A stretch of DNA of 64,000 bases from Parcubacteria group bacterium Greene0416_36 (GTDB lineage: Bacteria; Patescibacteriota; Patescibacteriia; VMEV01): positions 50-64,049 of the forward strand of contig VMEV01000003.1 in NCBI GenBank assembly GCA_007375725.1. The letters run 5' to 3'. The translations under genes were made by a program, and so were the position numbers. Positions within the stretch are counted from its first letter, which is position 1; each line of letters begins with the position of its first letter. Below are positions 10,082 to 19,135 of the stretch, in pieces. Below the pieces are notes generated by a model, which saw nothing but the letters and a program-made list of their open reading frames with translations, made no database searches and was not told the origin of the DNA.

Positions 10082-12136
10082 ATGAAAACCATTATATTGA
10101 TTACTTTTTGTACTGGTTTACTGGCTGGTTGCAATTCTGCTGAAATTAAGAAAACTGAATATTCTTTTGAGGAGTTGCAGAAGAAAAATAGAACCGAAAA
10201 AGAGCTTGAAATAGCTCAAAAGGTTCAAACGAAAGACATTGAAATCAAAGAAGACGTCATTTTGGACGGCTATGTGGTCCGAGAAAATTTTTATCGCTAT
10301 GTGGCTGGGAAAAAAGAACGGGTCCGATTTGTGGATTACCAGGCGGATAGAATCGCTCATGTCATCCGTGAAGTGGATGGATCTTACAAAGAGGTCTGTC
10401 AGAACCGCAAAACTAATAAGATTATTGAGGTTTTGTTTTATAGACCCGACGGATTTTTGGTCAAAATAGAAGAGTATGGCGTTTCTGGAATCGTGACTCT
10501 GTATTTTTCATACTCGGAAGTCCAAGGAAATTACCCTTTTATCAATCCCATCAAAAGGACTTTGAAAAAGGAGCAAGTATTTCAAGAGGTTATTATCAGT
10601 AAACAAGATGCCTCTTTAAAATTACCTAAAATCTTTCTTCTTTTACGTGAAGTATCGGGAAATACTGAGGCTGTGGGGGATTTATCATCTAAAGATAATA
10701 ATGTCTTTGAATATATCCTGCTTTGCCGTGAGTCCGGAAAGGATACTGAAACCAAAACGGTAACATTGAAGTTCTATTTGCTTTTTGAGTATTTAGGCAA
10801 AAATGAGTCTCGGCTGATGGACTTGTACTACAAAGTTCCGGGCAATGACATTTCTGTCTGCTTGGGCTTTAATAAACAGACCGGTGCTGTCGAGGGATTT
10901 TCATCTGAAAAGGGCCGCATTACTCGGTCCATTTCATATTTTCCTCAGGAAAAATTTCCGAGAATCAATACTTTCTTTCCCAATACTCTGCATGCTCCCT
11001 CAACAATTAATATCCGCAATTTGGATGCCAAGGAGCTTCACTATGTGGATTTCAAGAAGGAAGGCGGATGGGAAAAGAAGGTTTCCCAGACCTTGGTGGA
11101 TAATCGGATTGAATGGAAAAATGAAGGTGCGGATGGATCTTCTATGATCCAAACGAGAGAGTCTTATCCCTTTTTTGAATTTATAGAGGAAAAACAATGG
11201 GATACTCAAAATAAGCTTATTGCGACAAAGGTAAGCGTGGTGGATACTGTAATCCCTAAGACCCTTCTTCATGTATTGTCAACTAACGGATGTTTTTTTT
11301 CGGTGGAAAAGGGTCAGAAGAAATCTGAATCCCTGATGTATCAAGAAAATGCCGTGGAGTCTGAGTATTTGGATGTAGGCATTCCTTTTGAGACTTATCA
11401 AAAGAAGATAGAAACTGGAGGTGAAAAATCTTTTTATGTTACCACGGTTCTGGCAGGCAGGCATCAAGAGATTAAGCAACAGAAATTGCAAAAAGGTGCC
11501 GTAAAATCGCAGGTTATTTACACAAGGTCCAGTGACGAAGCCAAATGGATTGAATGTTCCAAGGAGGATCCTGCCGCTTCAAAACTGAAGGAGTCTTTTA
11601 GTCAAGAGCTTTCAGTTTTCGTGAAAGAATCAATTTTAGATCATCCGAGAATTAAAAAAGAATTGGACGATATTCCTTTTTTTAAGCGAGGTATGGTCTA
11701 TTCTTATCTTGAATCGGGGATTAAGAATTTTATTACCCAAGATATCGTCGATGATTTGGCTGTCAATGATTTTGGAGCCGGGTGCGTATACTTGCATGCA
11801 ATTATTAAGGTCCTTGGTCATTTCACCTATTTGCAAAGCAATGATCTAGACCGGAAAAAGGTGATTGATGAGGCTATTTGGGTTCCTGTTTTGGGCTATT
11901 TGATTGATCCCGCTATTGCTGAAAATTGCATTCGGATCATTGATGAAGAAAAAGAAAATCTGCTCAAGGATGCTTTTTCTCGTGTGGATCGAATTACCCA
12001 TATTAGTGAGCATTTGTTTTCAAAAAAGGAATTGCAACAGATGAAGGAAGAGGTGTCACCCTTTATGATGAAGCAATATTTAAAAAAGAAAGCAGAAATA
12101 ATTGCAAATTATAATCAATTAAAACGATCGAAATAA
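10082..12136 (+). CDS. Hypothetical lipoprotein, AT-rich
   Basis: 684-aa ORF; MKTIILITFCTGLLAGC lipobox; followed by a hairpin at about 12150-12183. Confidence 0.75.
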   Translation: MKTIILITFCTGLLAGCNSAEIKKTEYSFEELQKKNRTEKELEIAQKVQTKDIEIKEDVILDGYVVRENFYRYVAGKKERVRFVDYQADRIAHVIREVDGSYKEVCQNRKTNKIIEVLFYRPDGFLVKIEEYGVSGIVTLYFSYSEVQGNYPFINPIKRTLKKEQVFQEVIISKQDASLKLPKIFLLLREVSGNTEAVGDLSSKDNNVFEYILLCRESGKDTETKTVTLKFYLLFEYLGKNESRLMDLYYKVPGNDISVCLGFNKQTGAVEGFSSEKGRITRSISYFPQEKFPRINTFFPNTLHAPSTINIRNLDAKELHYVDFKKEGGWEKKVSQTLVDNRIEWKNEGADGSSMIQTRESYPFFEFIEEKQWDTQNKLIATKVSVVDTVIPKTLLHVLSTNGCFFSVEKGQKKSESLMYQENAVESEYLDVGIPFETYQKKIETGGEKSFYVTTVLAGRHQEIKQQKLQKGAVKSQVIYTRSSDEAKWIECSKEDPAASKLKESFSQELSVFVKESILDHPRIKKELDDIPFFKRGMVYSYLESGIKNFITQDIVDDLAVNDFGAGCVYLHAIIKVLGHFTYLQSNDLDRKKVIDEAIWVPVLGYLIDPAIAENCIRIIDEEKENLLKDAFSRVDRITHISEHLFSKKELQQMKEEVSPFMMKQYLKKKAEIIANYNQLKRSK

Positions 12137-12280
12137 ATTCTGTCAATTCAATCTCGAAAGGAATAACACTTTCGAGATTTTTTTAATATATTTAAAAGTT
12201 GCCTCCGTAAGAAATGATGTCAAAAGGAAATAGAAATGACCTAGTTTGAAGGATTTAGAAATGTCCTAGTTAAGGATAAA

Positions 12281-12514
12281 TTGGATAAAAAAATAGAAAA
12301 ACCAGAGACTTTCTGGTCATATTTTGGCCATATTCAAGGCACCTGGAGCATTGGCCAATCGCGAGCCACGCTCAAACAATGCGACCGGTTCTTGTTTTTG
12401 GAGAATGGCACGGAAGAAGGGGGACGGCTTACGGCAGAAGCGAGATCCATGGAAGAGCTGAAAGGGATCTCTCCCGTATTTTCCGAGATGTGGGAATTGG
12501 ACAAACGAGTATAG
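12281..12514 (+). pseudogene. Remnant of an ABC transporter ATPase C-terminus
   Basis: 'ATLKQCDRFLFLENG...GRLTAEARSMEEL...FSEMW' resembles the post-H-loop region (HRLSTI..aD.I.vLenG.i.E.Gt.eEL); no Walker motifs. Confidence 0.5.
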
Positions 12515-12591
12515 TTGTTAAAAAATAATTTTTTGTAAATAATAAAAATTTCGAAGGAAATAAAACCTTTGAGATTTTTTTGTTTGGAAAG

Positions 12592-12677
12592 TGGTGGGAA
12601 GGGTGGGGATCGAACCCACGAAGGCGTAAGCCAGCAGATTTACAGTCTGCCCCGTTTGACCGCTTCGGTACCTTCCC
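12592..12677 (-). tRNA. tRNA-Tyr (GTA), CCA encoded
   Basis: Reverse complement GGGAAGGTACCGAAGCGGTCAAACGGGGCAGACTGTAAATCTGC...GTTCGATCCCCACCCTTCCCACCA; long variable arm. Confidence 0.97.
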
Positions 12678-12692
12678 ATGAAATACGAAAAA

Positions 12693-12721
12693 ATAGTAAC
12701 AAAAAGCCTTTTGAAAGACAA
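12693..12721 (-). promoter_or_regulatory. sigma70-type promoter of tRNA-Tyr
   Basis: TTGTCT-17 nt-TACTAT (with extended TG) on the minus strand, 15 nt upstream of the tRNA. Confidence 0.6.
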
Positions 12722-12872
12722 GTATGTATTTGTTTTTTGAAATAAGCGTCACCTTGTCTGGCGTGGATAAGTACGGTTGAAAATTCAGATAATTAGGGTA
12801 CGGTTGAATGCTTGCGTATCTGATTCGGGTCTTGAGTAATTTAACTCGAGAAAGGGGGTGAGACAGAGAACT

Positions 12873-12947
12873 ATGGATCAAAGTATTTTGGTTTTAATCT
12901 TGCTACTGCTTCTAGTAATTGCAATTAAAACTAAAAGAACCCTATAG
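12873..12947 (+). CDS. 24-aa hydrophobic peptide, type I toxin-like (MDQSILVLILLLLLVIAIKTKRTL)
   Basis: Strong SD AAAGGGGGTGA at 12851-12861; single hydrophobic helix plus basic tail. Confidence 0.6.
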   Translation: MDQSILVLILLLLLVIAIKTKRTL

Positions 12948-13055
12948 CAACTAGGATTCTTTAGAACCAGAAAAATATAGAGCTTGCTGGACAAGTCCAA
13001 GCAAGTAGGCCCTGAAAAATTTTCAGATACTTTGTTTGGCAAGTTTCTATATAGA

Positions 13056-13084
13056 ATTATAGGTGAAAGAATCCCCTCTGTCAA
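13056..13084 (-). promoter_or_regulatory. Perfect-consensus sigma70 promoter firing antisense to the 24-aa ORF
   Basis: TTGACA (13084-13079)-17 nt-TATAAT (13061-13056) on the minus strand. Confidence 0.75.
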
Positions 13085-13160
13085 CCAAGCCCTTTTTGTA
13101 GAAAAATAAAATCACGATCCTTTCAATACAAAAAGGATCGTGATTTTTTTTGTTGTTAGT

Positions 13161-13190
13161 TCCCTTCCTTGTTAAGGGAAGGGTTGGTTG
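13161..13190. repeat. Degenerate fragment of the CAACAAATCCC-family repeat
   Basis: TCCCTTCCTTGTTAAGGGAAGGGTTGGTTG next to the ZIP stop codon. Confidence 0.5.
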
Positions 13191-13191
13191 T

Positions 13192-13941
13192 TTATATCTC
13201 CATCCATAGTAGTCCATACATGAGGCCCATCCCAACAATTATCCCAATAAACTGCAGTATCGTTTTGCGGATTGAAGTCGTTTTGTGAAGTTCGGGGACG
13301 AGGTCGGAGCCGGCGATGTAGAGGAAGCCTCCGGCAGCGATGGGGAGAATCCAATTCTGGAGATTGGGGAGGAGGAAATAGGCCACCATGGCGCCTGCAA
13401 TGGCGAATAGGGCGGAGAGGAGATTGAAGAGAAGCGCCTTGGTCCGGTTGAATCCGGCTTCGATCAGGACTCCGAAATCTCCCAGCTCTTGCGGGATTTC
13501 ATGGAGGAGAATGGCAATCGTCGTGGCGACGCCGATTTCGGTGGACACGAGGAAGCTCGAGGCGATGAGCGCCCCGTCGATGAAATTGTGGAGCGCGTCG
13601 GAGATCAGATTCATGTAGCCGAAAGGCTCGACGCATTCCTTGTGCGCTTCGCAGGGAATGTGCTGGTGGCGCCAGTGAAGTACTTTTTCGAGAATGAAAA
13701 AAAGAAGCAGTCCTCCCAGAATTCCGAAAGACATATTCTCTACCGAGACTCCGGATTCAAAAAGTTCCGGAATGATATGAAAAAAGACATCTCCAAACAG
13801 CGCGCCGACCGCCAGAGAGACTAAAATAAATAATCGGCTTCGGAGTTTTTGTTCTTGTACAAAGAGGAGTAAAATTCCCACGAGTGAAACAAGGCTGACT
13901 CCTAGGACGGCTAAAAGCGTATAAAAGAGAGCAGAAGACAT
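13192..13941 (-). CDS. ZIP-family divalent metal transporter
   Basis: DALHNFIDG, LLHEIPQELGDFG, AAGGFLYIA; start taken at ATG 13941. Confidence 0.93.
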   Translation of the reverse strand: MSSALFYTLLAVLGVSLVSLVGILLLFVQEQKLRSRLFILVSLAVGALFGDVFFHIIPELFESGVSVENMSFGILGGLLLFFILEKVLHWRHQHIPCEAHKECVEPFGYMNLISDALHNFIDGALIASSFLVSTEIGVATTIAILLHEIPQELGDFGVLIEAGFNRTKALLFNLLSALFAIAGAMVAYFLLPNLQNWILPIAAGGFLYIAGSDLVPELHKTTSIRKTILQFIGIIVGMGLMYGLLWMEI

Positions 13942-14042
13942 AGTTGGAGAAATAATGACATTCTTCAATATTTCCACCCTACCAATTCCCCTCCGAATTT
14001 TCAATTTGGATTTGCCCTTAAATAGGCCTATTTGCCTGTGGA

Positions 14043-14071
14043 TTGAAACGGATCTCAAAACATGCTAAGAT
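14043..14071 (+). promoter_or_regulatory. sigma70-type promoter divergent from the ZIP gene
   Basis: TTGAAA-17 nt-TAAGAT with extended TG. Confidence 0.55.
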
Positions 14072-14310
14072 GATGTCGAATAAGTCTAATAAGCTATTCT
14101 ATGGCTATTGAGGTGTAGGGGGGTGGTGTGATGCGATTTTGGGCGGACCTTTTTTAGGATTTTTCCTAATATGTCGCACTAAGTTTGTTACCAGATAACG
14201 GAAACACTACTGGTCAATAAACTCAGGGTGACATGTTCACCGAAATTTAATTATTACACAGATCTTCTGCCTTGGTATACAAGGCAGGCCCTGTGAAAGG
14301 GGGTGATATT

Positions 14311-14382
14311 ATGAGCGAGACAACCAAGAAGCACATGGAAGATAAGAAGCATAAATTATCTGGCGATCACAAGAAGAAATAG
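14311..14382 (+). CDS. 23-aa Lys/His-rich peptide (MSETTKKHMEDKKHKLSGDHKKK)
   Basis: SD AAAGGGGGTGA at 14296-14306, followed by a hairpin at about 14394-14426. Confidence 0.55.
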   Translation: MSETTKKHMEDKKHKLSGDHKKK

Positions 14383-14581
14383 TTCTTCTCGAGCGAATCC
14401 CTCCGGTTTATCCCGGGGGGATTCGTCTTCTGTCGGATAAGTTGCAACTGAGTGGCATTTATTTTTTATAAACTTTTTAATTTTGAAATCATCGCGCTTA
14501 ATAGGACGTTGCGCGGGCCGGTCCTTAGAGGGCATTGGCCCGGCACTTGCTTGTTAGCTCGCATGATTTCGAACAAATCAT

Positions 14582-14632
14582 ATGAAATTGAACTGCGCCA
14601 AGTGTGGTAAGGATTCTTGCAAGGGTTACTAG
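14582..14632 (+). CDS. Possible 16-aa Cys-rich peptide (MKLNCAKCGKDSCKGY)
   Basis: ATG in A-rich context after a long hairpin (14484-14570); terminator-like hairpin at about 14667-14699. Confidence 0.3.
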   Translation: MKLNCAKCGKDSCKGY

Positions 14633-14713
14633 TTATCCGGGTAGGATGTAGATTTACATCTCTACGAAAAATCCTCGACCGAGTGTCGGGGTTTTTTTTA
14701 TTTGGGAGATTTA

Positions 14714-14801
14714 CAACAAATCCCCCTCGGTCCCCCTTTGACAAGGGGGAGGTAACAAGCTCCCTCCCTTGTCAAAGGGAGGGTTGGGGAGGGATTTGTT
14801 G
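14714..14801. repeat. CAACAAATCCC-family repeat, inverted orientation
   Basis: Reverse-complement match to the 7489 copy. Confidence 0.93.
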
Positions 14802-14960
14802 CCCTTAATTTGACAGATTTTTTTATACGGCTGGGGGTGTGGGAAACTAGACTGATTTTTAGTGGTGCTTGGCAAAATTATTTTTTAAAAAAATGAAATA
14901 TCCATGCTTTCGATTCTTTGCTGCCTTCTATTCGTGAAGAATATAATACTATTGGAGGAT

Positions 14961-14998
14961 CGAGGGTAGGAGCACAGCGCGCTGTGCCCCTACCCTCG
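14961..14998. repeat. GTAG-family REP palindrome
   Basis: CGAGG-GTAGGAGCACAGCGCGCTGTGCCCCTAC-CCTCG. Confidence 0.85.
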
Positions 14999-15034
14999 CG
15001 CTTTTGAGGCGCGCATTCTTAACCATACAATCCT

Positions 15035-17560
15035 ATGGACATCTTTGTCACCAAGCGAGACGGGGGCCGGGAGCCCTTCAACGCCAATCGAATCAATCAG
15101 TCGATCGAGCGTGTATGCTTTGGTCTGGCTGATCCGGTAGGGAAGGTCGTGCAGGTGGGAACCGATACCCGATTCATGTTGTATGACGGGATTACCACCG
15201 AGGAGCTGGATCAGGCCACCATCAATGCCGCGCTTCAGAATGTCCCGCAAGATCCGGAATACGAAAAAATCGCCACTAGGCTTCTCCTCAAAACTCTTTA
15301 CAAGCGAATTTTGGGGGATTATGAGACTGGCGAGATTCTTCTAATAAAACATCGCGAAGGTTTCGGCCGCTATATTCGCTTCGGGGTCGAGGCCAAGATT
15401 CTGGATGCCCGGATGGTCGCATTATTTGACCTCAATAAATTGTCGGCGCTAATGGATATGTCCCGCGATGATATTCTCACCTACGCAGGTCTCTCGACTC
15501 TGGAAGACCGCTACATGATCAAGGACAAAAAACTCGATTCCCTGGAACTCCCGCAATATTTTTGGATGCGTGTGGCTATGGGGCTTTCGTATCACGAGAA
15601 AAATCCGGTCGAGGCGGCCATTCGTTTCTACGACCGCATGTCTCGCTTGGAATACGTGGCCGGCGGATCCACCAATATCGGCGCGGGGACGACTCGTCCG
15701 GCCTTGTCCAACTGTTTTCTGCTTGAGATCCACGATGATGTCGAGCATATCGCCAAGTCGGTGTCCGATATTTTGAAATTGTCCAAGGCCAGCGGAGGCA
15801 TCGGTGCTTCAATCACCAAGCTCCGAGCCAGCGGTTCGCCATTGTCTTCGAATAATACGACTTCGAGCGGTCCCACGCCTTTTGCCAAAATCATCGACAC
15901 GGCCATCCGAGCGATTCAGCGTGGGGGAAAGAAGACGGGCGCACTCTGCTTCTACATGGAGAATTGGCATATTGATTTTCCGGAATACCTGACATGGAAG
16001 CACAATGCGGGGGATGATTATATGAGAATGAGAACCGCTAATACGTCCGTGTTTTTGTCGGATGAGTTCATGAAGAGAGTCGAAAATCGGGAGGACTGGT
16101 ACATGTTTGATCCCAAGGACACACCGGATCTCAATGAACTCTACGGTGAGGAATTTTCCAATCGCTACGTTGAGTATGTGAAAATGGCCGAGGAAGGGAA
16201 ACTCCGCGTGTTCAAAAAAATGCCAGCCGAGGAGCAGTTTCGGCAGATACTCGTGTCTCTGGAAACGACTTCTCATCCATGGCTGACCTGGAAAGACACC
16301 ATCAATCTTCGTGCGCTCAACAACAATACCGGCACCATTCACATGTCCAATCTCTGCACCGAGATCTGTCTCCCACAAAATCGTGACTCTATCGCCGTGT
16401 GCAATTTGGCATCGCTCAATCTCGCCACTCATTTGAATCCCGATGGCCGCGACATGGATTGGAAGAAACTCGCCGAGACCGTGCATCTGGCCATTCGGCA
16501 CCTGGACAATCTCATTGATATCAATGAACTCCCGGTTCCCGAAGCCATTAAATCCGACCGTGAAAATCGCGCGGTGGGACTGGGCGTGATGGGGCTCGCC
16601 GATGTGGTGGAGAAACTCGGATTTGCCTATGACAGCGACGAGGCTTATGTCTTCACGGACCGCGTTTTTGAATGGATCAGTTTTCACGCCATCGAGGAGA
16701 GCGCGGCCTTGGCCCAATCCCGCGGATCGTACACCCATTTTCACGGATCCGGTTGGTCTCGGGGCATGGTTCCGGTGGACACCTTCGCGAATCTGGAGAA
16801 GCAGAGCCGCCGGGCGGTCAAGATAGATAAGGGCGGGACTCACGCGGCTCTCGACTGGAAGAGTCTGCGCGAGAAAGTCCGCGCGGGCATGAGGAACGCC
16901 ACGCTTTTGGCGGTCGCCCCCAATGCCAATATCGGTCTCGTGGCCGGCACGACTCCGGGCATTGATCCTCGTTTCGCCCAAATGTTTTCCCGCAGTAAAA
17001 TTTCCGGAAAATATCTGGAAATCAATACCAATTTGGTGACGGATCTCAAGAAAGCCGGAATCTGGGAACAGGTACGAGAGAAAATCGTCGAGACCCAGGG
17101 CGATATCGAAAAAATTCCTGAAATCTCGGCCGATATCAAGGCCCGCTATAAGAGCGCCTTCACGGTCTCTCCCTACGCCTTCATCGAAGTGGCCGCGCGC
17201 GCCCAAAAATGGGTGGATCAGGCCCTCTCGCGCAATATGTATCTCGAGACGCGGGACATCGAAGAGATCATGGATATCTACATGGAAGCCTGGCGCCGCG
17301 GACTCAAAACCACTTATTATCTTCACATGAAGCCCCGCCATACCGCCGAGCAGAGTACGATCAAGGTGAATAAGGGCAAGGAGATGGGGAAGACGGGATT
17401 TTCTTCGGTCAAGTGGGGCGCGCCCAGCGAAGCGGAGCGAAGTGAGGGCTCTTCTCCTGTTCCCGAACAGAATAAGCCCGAACCTGTTGCATCCGCCCCC
17501 GCCCCCAAAGTCTGCCCCGTGGATCCGCAACTTAGATTGCAGTGCGATAGTTGTCAGTAG
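15035..17560 (+). CDS. nrdA: Class I ribonucleotide reductase alpha subunit with ATP-cone
   Basis: VTKRDG ATP-cone, SNCF, SNLCTEI, VCNL, KTTYY, C-terminal CxxC. Confidence 0.96.
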   Translation: MDIFVTKRDGGREPFNANRINQSIERVCFGLADPVGKVVQVGTDTRFMLYDGITTEELDQATINAALQNVPQDPEYEKIATRLLLKTLYKRILGDYETGEILLIKHREGFGRYIRFGVEAKILDARMVALFDLNKLSALMDMSRDDILTYAGLSTLEDRYMIKDKKLDSLELPQYFWMRVAMGLSYHEKNPVEAAIRFYDRMSRLEYVAGGSTNIGAGTTRPALSNCFLLEIHDDVEHIAKSVSDILKLSKASGGIGASITKLRASGSPLSSNNTTSSGPTPFAKIIDTAIRAIQRGGKKTGALCFYMENWHIDFPEYLTWKHNAGDDYMRMRTANTSVFLSDEFMKRVENREDWYMFDPKDTPDLNELYGEEFSNRYVEYVKMAEEGKLRVFKKMPAEEQFRQILVSLETTSHPWLTWKDTINLRALNNNTGTIHMSNLCTEICLPQNRDSIAVCNLASLNLATHLNPDGRDMDWKKLAETVHLAIRHLDNLIDINELPVPEAIKSDRENRAVGLGVMGLADVVEKLGFAYDSDEAYVFTDRVFEWISFHAIEESAALAQSRGSYTHFHGSGWSRGMVPVDTFANLEKQSRRAVKIDKGGTHAALDWKSLREKVRAGMRNATLLAVAPNANIGLVAGTTPGIDPRFAQMFSRSKISGKYLEINTNLVTDLKKAGIWEQVREKIVETQGDIEKIPEISADIKARYKSAFTVSPYAFIEVAARAQKWVDQALSRNMYLETRDIEEIMDIYMEAWRRGLKTTYYLHMKPRHTAEQSTIKVNKGKEMGKTGFSSVKWGAPSEAERSEGSSPVPEQNKPEPVASAPAPKVCPVDPQLRLQCDSCQ

Positions 17561-17583
17561 TAGTGCCATCCCTCCCATTTCAG

Positions 17584-17667
17584 CAACAAATCCCTCCCCA
17601 GCCCTCCCTTTGACAAGGGAGGGAGCAATTTCCCCCTTGTCAAAGGGGGATTGAGGGGGATTTGTTG
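17584..17667. repeat. CAACAAATCCC-family repeat between nrdA and nrdB
   Basis: Near-identical to the 7489 copy. Confidence 0.93.
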
Positions 17668-17700
17668 TTCATTCTTCATTCTTAATTCTTCATTGAATCT

Positions 17701-18687
17701 ATGCCTCTCATCGGAAAAGCCTCTCCGGAGGATCTAAACATTCACTCGTCCCAATATCAGTGGGCGAGGAAACTCTATGACCAGGCCATTGCCAATACCT
17801 GGTATCCGCATGAAATCACGCTGAAGGAAGATCTCGAAGACTGGAGCCGCATGACGGATGAGGAAAAGCATGCGGTATCTTTCATCATGTCATTTTTCAA
17901 TCCCGCCGAACTCATTGTCAACCGCGTTTTGGCCCTCGGCGTTTATCCGTACCTCAAGGCCCCCGAGTGCCATCTGTATTTGGCTAAACAGATGTGGGAA
18001 GAGGCCAATCATTGCGTGGCTTTTGAGTATGTCATGGAAACTTTTCCGCTCGATCAGGCCAAGCTCTACCATGCCCATATCGAGACTCCTTCGATGCAGG
18101 CCAAGGAGGAATTCGTGGGGCAGTATTTGAAACGTATGACCGAGGATCGCTACGATGTATCCTCGGTCGAGGGCCGGAAAGATTTCGTGCGCAATTTGGT
18201 GGCGTATAATATCGTGATGGAGGGGATTTGGTTTTACAGCGGATTCATGGTCATGCTCTCTTTCCGCCAGCGCAATCTGCTCCGCAATTTCGGATCCATG
18301 ATCAACTGGGTTCTACGAGATGAGAGCCTGCATCTCAAATTCGGTATTCACCTGATACTTTCGATTCTGGAAGAGAATCCGGATCTCCTCACTGCCGAGT
18401 TCGCCGATGAGATCCGCGGGATTATCACCCGAGGTGTGGACCTCGAGACCACGTTCAATTCGGATCTGTTCCCCAATGGAATCTTGGGCCTCAATGCGGA
18501 CTATGTGAATCAATATGTCCGCTATGTGGCCGACCGCCGCCTCGAGGAACTGGGTCTTGGCCCCTACTACAATGTGACCAATCCCGCCAAATGGATGAGC
18601 TCGGCCACGGATGTCTATGAACTCGTCAATTTTTTCGAGTCCCAGAATACGAATTACGAGGTGAATGCGAGGGCACATAAAAAATAA
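17701..18687 (+). CDS. nrdB: Ribonucleotide reductase beta subunit, class Ic (R2c-like) signature
   Basis: FFNPAELIV, EEANHCVAF, MEGIWFYSGF, RDESLH, C-terminal NFFE...Y. Confidence 0.93.
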   Translation: MPLIGKASPEDLNIHSSQYQWARKLYDQAIANTWYPHEITLKEDLEDWSRMTDEEKHAVSFIMSFFNPAELIVNRVLALGVYPYLKAPECHLYLAKQMWEEANHCVAFEYVMETFPLDQAKLYHAHIETPSMQAKEEFVGQYLKRMTEDRYDVSSVEGRKDFVRNLVAYNIVMEGIWFYSGFMVMLSFRQRNLLRNFGSMINWVLRDESLHLKFGIHLILSILEENPDLLTAEFADEIRGIITRGVDLETTFNSDLFPNGILGLNADYVNQYVRYVADRRLEELGLGPYYNVTNPAKWMSSATDVYELVNFFESQNTNYEVNARAHKK

Positions 18688-18691
18688 ATAT

Positions 18692-18726
18692 CGGTAGGGG
18701 CGGTCTTGAATGACCGCCCCTTTGCC
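18692..18726. repeat. GTAG-type hairpin (REP variant or terminator)
   Basis: GGTAGGGGCGGTC-TTGAAT-GACCGCCCCTTTGCC. Confidence 0.6.
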
Positions 18727-18806
18727 TTATAGAAGATTCTGATAAAAAAACAACACGAGTGGGTTTCTCATGTTGGATCGATATTCGATCAAAAGTATTT
18801 TTGTTT

Positions 18807-19016
18807 TTACCCTACCTCCTCAGGGAATCTTTCCAGTTTTTTCGATTCTCTCCTCTGTAATTTGATAGGGTCCTCTCTTCTAAATTTCTTCTCATTTCCG
18901 TTTTCGTTCCCATTTTTCACTCCGTTTCCATTCATCCCATGCGTATTTTTTTGCCTAGTTTCTTTCTTGGCTTTTTCTTGTTCCATGACTTTTGCCATGG
19001 TCATTTTTTTGGACAT
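18807..19016 (-). CDS. Small charged hypothetical protein
   Basis: ORF with GGAG upstream of ATG 19016; Lys/Glu/Asn-rich. Confidence 0.45.
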   Translation of the reverse strand: MSKKMTMAKVMEQEKAKKETRQKNTHGMNGNGVKNGNENGNEKKFRREDPIKLQRRESKKLERFPEEVG

Positions 19017-19135
19017 GATAAAGATCTCCATCAAAAATTTTTCAAAAATAATCTGATATACAAAAATGTATTCAACTAATGAATACGGGAGTTATATTAA
19101 GGGATAGATGAAATCTTGTCAAATTCGATTTCTTT

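Noticed and set aside
14810-15034. NrdR boxes upstream of nrdA
   Set aside because: No convincing match to the acaCwAtATaTwGtgt consensus
15809-17578. 589-aa antisense ORF, and similar shadow ORFs opposite pepA, topA, htrA and the giant protein
   Set aside because: Lie opposite well-supported genes, have no recognisable motifs and are explained by codon bias
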